DNA of 51,310 nucleotides from Candidatus Nanoarchaeia archaeon. GTDB lineage: Archaea > Nanobdellota > Nanobdellia > SCGC-AAA011-G17 > DATDVL01. The stretch's first letter is position 1. The number at the start of each line of letters is the position of its first letter. Of the stretch, positions 33,489 through 40,171 are shown one piece after another. Where the stretch lies: positions 1-51,310 of the forward strand of contig DATDVL010000017.1 of the NCBI GenBank assembly GCA_035290025.1. The letters are read 5' to 3'. Below the pieces are notes generated by a model that was not told the origin of the DNA, made no database searches, and worked only from the letters and a program-made list of their open reading frames with translations. The position numbers and the translations under genes are program-made.

Positions 33489-34958
33489 ATGAGTTTTTTG
33501 CAAAAGTTGTTTCCTGTTGAAGAGAAGAAGGATGAGAAGCCTGTTGTTAAGCCTGATGTTCCAGGTAAACCTGCGGGTGATACGTTTCGTTTGATGATTG
33601 ATGCTCCCACATCGGGTGTTGAGCGTTATTATTTTTGGATGATTCGTTTGTTGGAGAAGTCTGGTCCGTATGGTATGAATTTTTATCCGCCGTTGGGTGA
33701 GATTATTAAGGTTCGTGATGTGTATTCTTCTGCAGAGACATCTTCGTATTGGGGTAATGTTGAGCAGAAGAAGGCTGCGCAGCAGGATCGTGTTTCCACG
33801 TACATGGCAAATATTGGTAAGTTCATTAAGGATTTATTTCAGATTGTTCGTGAGTTGCGTATTTTGGATGAGCGCTTGGGGTATTATGATGGTATCCTTA
33901 AGGATGATAAGAATGCGAAGGGTGCTGATGTTGCGTTGAAGGGTATCTGGGTCGATTTGGTTGAGGGTGGTGGTAAGAATCCTGGTTCGGTTTATGGTTT
34001 GGCTTCTCAGGTGGGTTTTGTTACGCTTCCTGATTTGTTTTTTGATACGTTTGTTCGTAAGCGTGAGGATATGGCTGCTGCTGTTGCGGGGTATGAAGGC
34101 ATGGGTATTAATCGTAAGGTTCGTGAGGTGTTGATGCGTAAGTTGGAGCAGTATTTGTTGTGGCGTGATGCTACGGATAAGGAGCTTCGTCAGCGTCGTC
34201 GTTTCGTCTTGTCGTATTTGGCGCAAGAATTTAATGTTATTAAGATGTATGCTGCTTGGTTGAAGCCGTATTTGCAGAATGTTCGTAAGTTGCAGCAGTC
34301 TGCTGATTTGAATAAGTATGATATTGTTACTGCTTTTGATACGTCCAAGATCGAGTTGGAATTGTTGGCGGTTCGTAAGAAGGATCAAAAGTTGGAGAAG
34401 GATTTTGTTGAGAATATTCCTGTGTTGCGTGTTCGTTTGTCGCATGTTGCTATTCCGCAGATGGCGTTTCAGCAGGAGTTTCAGCGTGGTGCTATTCATA
34501 CGGGTCATACGAAGATTATTATTGATGCTTTTGTTGCTTCTAAGGATTCCTTAAAAAAATATCAGCAGGTTCAGGATGGTGATGTTTTTGATGTGTTGAC
34601 AGCTATTGATGAGACAGTGGGTGCGTTGAAGGATGATTTGGAGAAGTATTTGACGGAGGCTGCTACGTTGTATAATTTGAAGGAGTTGAAGACGTTGTTT
34701 CCGGAGAAGCCGAAGGAGGCTAAGAAGCGTGGTGAGTCTGTTTTTGATCCGTTTAAGGCTATTTTTTCTGGTTTTGCTGAGATTGGTAAGGCTCCTTTTT
34801 CTTGGTCGTCTGATGATAGGAAGGAAGAGAAGGAGAAGCCAAAGTTAACGAATGTGCAGGAGCTGGAAGAGGCTGCTTTGGCGAAGGATGCTGCTAAGAC
34901 TGATGCTAAGGTGTTGTATACGGTGTTTAAGAAGGCGCATCGGATGATGACGCCATGA
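33489..34958 (+). CDS. large conserved-looking hypothetical protein (489 aa)
   Basis: ATG at 33489 (MSFLQKLFPVEEKK). The portion of the ORF-track ORF upstream of this overlaps the divergent gene and promoter. No NTP-binding or catalytic motif recognised. Mostly helical, with a K/E-rich C-terminal tail. Confidence 0.6.
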   Translation: MSFLQKLFPVEEKKDEKPVVKPDVPGKPAGDTFRLMIDAPTSGVERYYFWMIRLLEKSGPYGMNFYPPLGEIIKVRDVYSSAETSSYWGNVEQKKAAQQDRVSTYMANIGKFIKDLFQIVRELRILDERLGYYDGILKDDKNAKGADVALKGIWVDLVEGGGKNPGSVYGLASQVGFVTLPDLFFDTFVRKREDMAAAVAGYEGMGINRKVREVLMRKLEQYLLWRDATDKELRQRRRFVLSYLAQEFNVIKMYAAWLKPYLQNVRKLQQSADLNKYDIVTAFDTSKIELELLAVRKKDQKLEKDFVENIPVLRVRLSHVAIPQMAFQQEFQRGAIHTGHTKIIIDAFVASKDSLKKYQQVQDGDVFDVLTAIDETVGALKDDLEKYLTEAATLYNLKELKTLFPEKPKEAKKRGESVFDPFKAIFSGFAEIGKAPFSWSSDDRKEEKEKPKLTNVQELEEAALAKDAAKTDAKVLYTVFKKAHRMMTP

Positions 34959-34967
34959 GGGTGATGT

Positions 34968-36941
34968 ATGGCTGGTTTTGAGTCTGATTATGTTAATGCG
35001 AATGATCGTGGTATTTTTGATGAGTCTACGAAGGATGGTTTGCGCCGTTTGGGTGTTTCTCATGGTGTTGGTGATGTTTCTGAGGGTTTGAAGGCGAACA
35101 TTTTTGCTGGTGCTTCGTTGGTGGAGTTGGGTTTTACAGGTACAGGTAAGTCTCAAGGTAAACAAGCCCCTTCTCCAGAAACGTTTGGTCGTGATGAGCG
35201 TGAGGAGATGCGTTTGCTTGCGAAAATTAATGAGGTAGAAATTTCTGTGCATGCTGCTCCTAACATTGGTCCGTTGTCAGGTTTTGATGGTCGTGGTCGT
35301 TTTGATCCTGCGTTGGCGCAGTCGCGCGTGAATGAGGTCAAGAAGGCTATTGATTTTGCTGCTGATGTTGCTAGTGGTGGTGCTGTTGTTGTCCATACGG
35401 ATGAGTTTCCTCGTCCCGTGTTTGATGTTGATCGTCCTGGCGAGTATAAGCATATTGAGGCTGAGGCTGATGGTAAGAAGAATAAGTTTCAGCAGTTTGC
35501 GGAAGAGGGTGATAAGTCGGTTATTTATTTGGTTGATGAGAGGTCTGGCCAGATTATTGATCAGGTGAAGCGTGATGAGAAAATTTTTACTCCTGAGTAT
35601 GATCGTTATGTAGAGATGAAGGATAATAAGGGTAAAGTGTTAATAAATGATTTGACGGGTGAGAAGCGTTATCTTCCTTTGTATAAGGTTGATGAGCGTG
35701 GTGAGATTCAGTTTAAGACGCAGACGTTTGCTGGTTATTTAGAGAGTGAACAAGAGAAGGCTAGGGCTGAAGGTAGAGAACTTTCTGAAGAAAGTGTTGC
35801 TAAACAGTTTTTCCGTGAGCAGAAGGCTAAGGAATTGGAGCGTGCTCGTGGTCAGGCTGATGAGTATGAAATCCAGTTTCAGCAGGCTAAGGAAGTTCGT
35901 GAGAAGATTGAGAAGTCTTTGGGTTTTTATCAGAAGTTAAAGGCGGAGACGTACAAGAATTTTGATAAGGTTACTGCTGATGAGAAGTGGGAGGAGATGA
36001 AGCGTGAGGTTAAGACGGGTAATTTTATTCCTCCTGATACGGTTGATCCTATTGATTTTTTGGAGAAGGAGAAGAATCGTGTTGAGAAGCAGATGTCGTA
36101 TGGTGCTGAGGTTGCTAATGCTGCTCGTCAGCAGTTGAAGGAGGCTGAGGATTTGATTAAGAATCGTGTTGTTTCTTTGGGTGAGTTTGGTGTGAAGCAG
36201 GCTGCGAAGTCGTATGCTGATGCTGCGTTGTATGCGTATCAGGTTGAGCAGAAGCGTAAAGATGAGGGTCGTCCTTTGGATCGTAATTTGTTTGTTGCTC
36301 CTGAGGGTTGGCAGACAGAGTCGTATGGTTCTCATCCTAAGGAGATGCGTGAGTTGATTCAAGAGTCTCGTCAGCAGATGGCGGAGAAGTTGCGTGAGAA
36401 GGAAGGTAAAGATGATTATGGTAATTGGAAGCTTTCGGAAAAGAAGGCTTTGGATATTGCTCAGGATCATATTCAAGGCACATTAGATGTTGGTCATATT
36501 AATAATTGGCGTAAGCACTTTCAGGGTTCTGATGATCAGTTTAACAAGTGGTTAGTAGATAATGTTAAGGAGATGGTGAAGGATAAGGTTATTGGTAATA
36601 TTCATATTTCTGATAATTTTGGTTATCATGATGAGCATTTGCGTGTGGGTGAGGGTAATGCTCCTATTAAGGAGTTGTTGCAGCAGTTGGAGAAGGGTGG
36701 TTATAAGGGTCATTATGTTGCTGAGCCTGGCGGTCAGAAGCAGGGGCAGTTTCATACTGCTTGGACGTCTGCTTTGGCATTGTCAGGTTCTCCTATCTAT
36801 CGTACAGATCGTTCGTCTCGTTCCTGGACGGATATTCAGGGTTCGTACTTTGGTGGTACGCCAGGTCCTAATTATCTGGTGGGTGAGGGTGTTGTTCCTT
36901 CCAAAGAATTTACGTTGTGGTCGCAGGTTCCTTTAGAATAA
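34968..36941 (+). CDS. xylose-isomerase-like TIM-barrel (AP_endonuc_2 superfamily) protein interrupted by a ~285-aa coiled-coil insertion
   Basis: N-terminal barrel blocks are EISVHAAPN and GGAVVVHTDEF. C-terminal blocks are FVAPEG, GTLDVGHINNW, IGNIHISDNFGYHDEHLRVGEGNAPIKELL and GHYVAEPG. Residues ~150-435 are E/K/Q-rich and helical. SD gaggtga lies before the ATG, 9 nt after the upstream stop. Confidence 0.6.
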   Translation: MAGFESDYVNANDRGIFDESTKDGLRRLGVSHGVGDVSEGLKANIFAGASLVELGFTGTGKSQGKQAPSPETFGRDEREEMRLLAKINEVEISVHAAPNIGPLSGFDGRGRFDPALAQSRVNEVKKAIDFAADVASGGAVVVHTDEFPRPVFDVDRPGEYKHIEAEADGKKNKFQQFAEEGDKSVIYLVDERSGQIIDQVKRDEKIFTPEYDRYVEMKDNKGKVLINDLTGEKRYLPLYKVDERGEIQFKTQTFAGYLESEQEKARAEGRELSEESVAKQFFREQKAKELERARGQADEYEIQFQQAKEVREKIEKSLGFYQKLKAETYKNFDKVTADEKWEEMKREVKTGNFIPPDTVDPIDFLEKEKNRVEKQMSYGAEVANAARQQLKEAEDLIKNRVVSLGEFGVKQAAKSYADAALYAYQVEQKRKDEGRPLDRNLFVAPEGWQTESYGSHPKEMRELIQESRQQMAEKLREKEGKDDYGNWKLSEKKALDIAQDHIQGTLDVGHINNWRKHFQGSDDQFNKWLVDNVKEMVKDKVIGNIHISDNFGYHDEHLRVGEGNAPIKELLQQLEKGGYKGHYVAEPGGQKQGQFHTAWTSALALSGSPIYRTDRSSRSWTDIQGSYFGGTPGPNYLVGEGVVPSKEFTLWSQVPLE

Positions 36942-37022
36942 ATTTGTTGGTAAGTGTGCATTATAGTTTGTAGAATAACCTTTATATAGCTTGTTTTCTT
37001 AGTATTTTTGGGTTAAAAGAGG

Positions 37023-37847
37023 ATGAAGTTTGATATTCCTAAGGGTGATAAGAAGAATAGTTCTCGTTATTTAGGTGAGGATTTGGATGTTGTTCGTAAG
37101 TTTGCTCGTATTCTCTATAAAGAGTTTGGTTCTTTTTTGCGTTGTGTTGTCTTGTTTGGTTCTTCGGTGAAAAATCCTGGTCAGAAGCATCGTGATTTGG
37201 ATGTGTTAGTGGTGGTTGATGATGTTCGTTATCCTTTTGCTCAGGAGGTTGTTGAGGCGTATCGTCTGATTCTTGCTCGTGCTGTTAAGGATGTTGATCC
37301 GCAGCGTTTACATATACAGAGTATGAAGTTGTCTGCGTGGTGGGAGTATGTTCGTGCGGGTGATCCTGTTGCGATTAATGTTTTGCGGTATGGTGTTGCT
37401 GTTATTGATACAGGCTTTTTTGATCCGTTGCAGGCCTTGTTGGAGCAGGGTCGTATTCGTCCTACAGGTGAGGCTATTTGGACGTATTTCACGTTGGCTC
37501 CTGCTTCGTTGGCGCGGTCTCGTGAGAACTTGTTGACGGCTGTTGTTGATTTGTATTGGGCTGCTGTTGATGCGGGTCATGCTGCGTTGATGGTTATTGG
37601 TGAAATCCCTCCTAATCCTTCGGGTGTTGCTGAGTTGGTTGATGCTAAGTTGGCGGGTCATGGTCATATTAAGCCGAAGCATGCTCGTATGATGGCTGAG
37701 TTGTTTCGGGTGTTTAAGGGTATTGTGCATCGTGAAATTAAGGAAGTTTCTGGTAAGTATTATGATGAGTTACGTGCAAAGTCTGAGGAGTTTGTTCGTG
37801 TGATGAAAGAGTTTATTGAGAAGCAGAAGCGTGATGGTAAGTTTTAG
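37023..37847 (+). CDS. nucleotidyltransferase-domain protein with C-terminal helical domain
   Basis: VVLFGSSVKNPGQKHRDLDVLVVVDD is a Pol-beta-type NTase GS...DxD motif. The C-terminal ~150 aa are homologous to the corresponding part of 45130-46971. Confidence 0.65.
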   Translation: MKFDIPKGDKKNSSRYLGEDLDVVRKFARILYKEFGSFLRCVVLFGSSVKNPGQKHRDLDVLVVVDDVRYPFAQEVVEAYRLILARAVKDVDPQRLHIQSMKLSAWWEYVRAGDPVAINVLRYGVAVIDTGFFDPLQALLEQGRIRPTGEAIWTYFTLAPASLARSRENLLTAVVDLYWAAVDAGHAALMVIGEIPPNPSGVAELVDAKLAGHGHIKPKHARMMAELFRVFKGIVHREIKEVSGKYYDELRAKSEEFVRVMKEFIEKQKRDGKF

Positions 37848-37849
37848 TA

Positions 37850-38218
37850 TTATGGCTTTTTAGGTGTGGTCGCAAGTGTTGCTGTGACTGCTGCGTAGAG
37901 TGCTTCTGGTGTTGTTCCTAAAAATGTTTGGTCGTAGTAGAATCCTATACATCTGAATGCAGGGTAGGTTACTTCTTTAAGAGTAGTTATCCAATGGAAT
38001 AAGTATTGTTGTGTGCTTTCCCAGTCAGGTGGTAGTTCGTGTTTGAATGCCCAAGTTGTTGCTCCAGAGAATACTTCTCCTGGCCAGAATCCTGATGCTC
38101 GTCGTAAATGCTTGCTTTCTTCTGTTTCGTCGAATGTGCCGTCAGCTCTTCGTAAGAGGAGTGGTTCTATAAGTGTATTAAGTCTTTGAGTAATGGTTTC
38201 GAGAGTTACGCTAGTCAT
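37850..38218 (-). CDS. hypothetical protein (122 aa)
   Basis: ATG at 38218. Last gene of a three-gene minus-strand unit. Confidence 0.45.
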   Translation of the reverse strand: MTSVTLETITQRLNTLIEPLLLRRADGTFDETEESKHLRRASGFWPGEVFSGATTWAFKHELPPDWESTQQYLFHWITTLKEVTYPAFRCIGFYYDQTFLGTTPEALYAAVTATLATTPKKP

Positions 38219-38231
38219 GTTCTCTCGTGGT

Positions 38232-38840
38232 TTAGTTTTCGCTTTCTACGATTCTTTCTAAGTCTCTGGTGAAGTCCACGTTGCCGGTTACATCATCGGC
38301 GAAGGTTACTGCTTTAGCGAATGCTCTTCCCATGCGTGCTGGATCATTTTTGTATTGGTCTACTTGTGTAGTAAGTCCGCTTCTTCGTTTGAAGTCTGTT
38401 ATGGCTGTTGCTTTTTCTGCTTCGTCTATGCCATTCCATCGTGCTACGCTTACATTTTCTGCTCTTCGGTTTGCGAGTGGTGTGTAGACGTTAGCGAATA
38501 GTTCTGCAATGGTTCTTTCTTTGACGACGCGTTCTATGATTTTTTTACTAATGCCTAGGTATTGTTCCATGGCTAGGTCCATTTCTCCTTCAAACTCGGG
38601 TGTTACCGTGAATGTATCTGTTCCTGCTATTTGTTTAAATAACCATGTTCGTAATTGTAAGTAGAGTTTTTCTGCAACTTTTTTTTGGTCTGCTGCGGGT
38701 ATACGGCTGTTAATATCGAGTGCTCCTGTTGCAGGTTTTAATGCTGCTTTGAGAGCGAGATAATTTTCGTGTATAGACGTGTCTAAGATATCAACTGCGC
38801 TTTTGTATCTTGCTGTTCATTCTTTGAGTGTGTATGCCAT
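38232..38840 (-). pseudogene. ~202-codon reading frame interrupted by an in-frame TGA at codon 8 (38817-38819)
   Basis: The ATG at 38840 lies 1 nt after the stop of the upstream zinc-ribbon ORF. The frame reads MAYTLKE*TARYKSAVDILDTSIHENYLALKAALKPATGALDINSR... and continues without further stops into the ORF-track ORF 38232-38582. There is no ATG, GTG or TTG between the TGA and 38582. Confidence 0.45.
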
Positions 38841-38841
38841 G

Positions 38842-38961
38842 TTATTGTTTGATCTCCATCGTTATTGCTTTTCCGAAGTCTAGTCTTGTTTTGCATCGGG
38901 GGCAGCTTTTTGGTTGTTCTGTTCTGCTGGTCCATTCGTAAGTGCATTTGAAACATTCCAT
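38842..38961 (-). CDS. small 4-Cys zinc-ribbon protein (39 aa; below the ORF-track length cut-off)
   Basis: My own translation gives MECFKCTYEWTSRTEQPKSCPRCKTRLDFGKAITMEIKQ*. The two CxxC pairs are spaced as in a zinc ribbon. Confidence 0.5.
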   Translation of the reverse strand: MECFKCTYEWTSRTEQPKSCPRCKTRLDFGKAITMEIKQ

Positions 38962-39122
38962 GATTAGTATACCTCTTGATTTGTCATAGTAGGAGTAATA
39001 GTCGTAACTGGTATATAAACCTTATGATTCTGTAGTCACATAAGAGTAACAACAATAGAAAGATTTAAATAGGTAGCGCGTGTAGATATACTATTATTAT
39101 CACTGAAGAGTGGAGGAAAAAA

Positions 39123-39836
39123 ATGGTAAACTGCATAAATTGTGGAAATGATCCGTGTGATCAGAGTAATTATAACTGTCCAGGTTATGTAAACCCTTTT
39201 AGTACTTTAAATTTTAGTTGTCCGACTTGCAATAACGATCCGTGTGACAATAGTCAACCCGGTTGTCCTGGTTATGTAAATCCAAGTCCAGCACCTTCAA
39301 GTGGTGTAAGTACACAATCAAATACTGGTTCGCCCAGTACAGGAGGAAATAACATGTCTATGGCAAAGATTATTGGTGGAGCTGTTGCTGCCATTGGGTT
39401 AGCTAGTTTAGGAGCTTATGCTGGCTGTTCAAGTGGTAAAGCAAGTGGCTTAGAAGAAGGTAAACAAGCAGGTATTGTAGAAGGTACAAAGGTGGGAGAT
39501 ACAACAGGGTATGCACGTGGTCTTGCTGAAATGCAGGCAAAGTATAGTGCTACAGGTCGTTTCGATGTCATGACACAGGATAGATTATTTGATCCTATGA
39601 CTGGACGAGAATTGCCTATTACTCAGTTGGATACGACTGTGGGTAAGTTGAGATTGCACCCTGTACCTGTTACTGCACCAGGTGGACGTATGTCTGTTAA
39701 AGGTGTAGATGTTGGCGCAGTTGTTTGGGAAGCTGAAATTATTGATAGCTTGAAAGTACCGCAAGGTCCTGATGCTACCACTGTGCAGTATGGTAATGAC
39801 AATCGTCGTGTACGATTAGTCTATAAGGATCGATAA
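39123..39836 (+). CDS. single-pass membrane protein with duplicated N-terminal Cys-rich module
   Basis: SD ggagg. The motif C-x2-C-x-NDPCD-x5-C-PGYVNP occurs twice. It is followed by an S/P/G linker, a TM segment (IIGGAVAAIGLASLGAYAG) and a ~130-aa C-terminal domain. Base composition is not G+T skewed. Confidence 0.55.
   Translation: MVNCINCGNDPCDQSNYNCPGYVNPFSTLNFSCPTCNNDPCDNSQPGCPGYVNPSPAPSSGVSTQSNTGSPSTGGNNMSMAKIIGGAVAAIGLASLGAYAGCSSGKASGLEEGKQAGIVEGTKVGDTTGYARGLAEMQAKYSATGRFDVMTQDRLFDPMTGRELPITQLDTTVGKLRLHPVPVTAPGGRMSVKGVDVGAVVWEAEIIDSLKVPQGPDATTVQYGNDNRRVRLVYKDR
39132..39284 (+). repeat. tandem duplication of a 22-codon Cys-rich module (39132-39197 and 39219-39284)
   Basis: CINCGNDPCDQSNYNCPGYVNP versus CPTCNNDPCDNSQPGCPGYVNP. 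The nucleotide similarity is visible (gatccgtgtga../..ggttatgtaaa). Confidence 0.7.
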
Positions 39837-39848
39837 GGAGGAACAAAA

Positions 39849-40151
39849 ATGATAGGAAAGAAAACATTAACAAGTTTAGTTTTGGCTACAGGATTGACGG
39901 GTTGTACCATTTCACCGTTGCCTATAAAGATGACAATAGTTGGTGGAGCACCAAATACTGCACCCGCAACCTACAATGACAATCGTCACATCGTAAATGT
40001 TGATGCACCTGATGCAAAAACAATTTATGTTGGTAGTGATATTAGTGGTGATGTTAGTACTGTTGACCCTTGGTTAACTCCTGCTATACAACCACAGCCT
40101 GTGCAGAACAATACGAGAAATAAGTATCAGTATCAGCCTTTCGTCAGATAA
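39849..40151 (+). CDS. small putative lipoprotein (100 aa)
   Basis: SD aaggagg. Signal peptide with lipobox: LVLATGLTGC. Confidence 0.5.
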   Translation: MIGKKTLTSLVLATGLTGCTISPLPIKMTIVGGAPNTAPATYNDNRHIVNVDAPDAKTIYVGSDISGDVSTVDPWLTPAIQPQPVQNNTRNKYQYQPFVR

Positions 40152-40155
40152 AGGC

Positions 40156-40171
40156 TTTTTTTCTTTTTTTT
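40156..40171 (+). terminator. oligo-T tract after the 39123-40151 pair
   Basis: tttttttcttttttttt lies immediately after the stop codon. Archaeal terminators are oligo-T tracts. Confidence 0.35.

Noticed and set aside
33834-34508. Long minus-strand ORFs inside plus-strand genes. Examples are 1267-1761, 2613-2906, 33834-34508 (224 aa), 34845-35252, 35937-36476 and 37308-37730. There are also same-strand alternative-frame ORFs such as 8356-8688, 9041-9295, 9548-9769 and 25321-25593.
   Set aside because: This is the mirror effect: the minus strand is T-poor. The products are T/N/R/Q/L/H-rich low-complexity sequences, and the opposite or main frame carries the recognisable protein.
33489-34958. 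The GGGKNPGS segment of the 489-aa protein as a Walker A/P-loop.
   Set aside because: It does not fit G-x4-GK[ST], and no Walker B-like hhhhD/E follows. I treat the protein as non-NTPase until shown otherwise.
38817-38819. Genome-wide reassignment of TGA (to Trp, Gly or Sec) as an explanation for the in-frame TGA.
   Set aside because: TGA terminates well-defined genes at the expected C-termini: the dehydrogenase at 2146-2148, ogt at 5237-5239, pheS at 7314-7316 and rps28e at 26052-26054. I could not identify a SECIS-like element by eye.
38842-38961. An apparent 1-nt frameshift splitting the zinc-ribbon ORF between its two CxxC pairs.
   Set aside because: This was my own transcription slip across the 38940/38941 line break. 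Re-reading the sequence (..tccattcgtaagtgcatttgaaacattccat..) gives an intact 39-codon frame.
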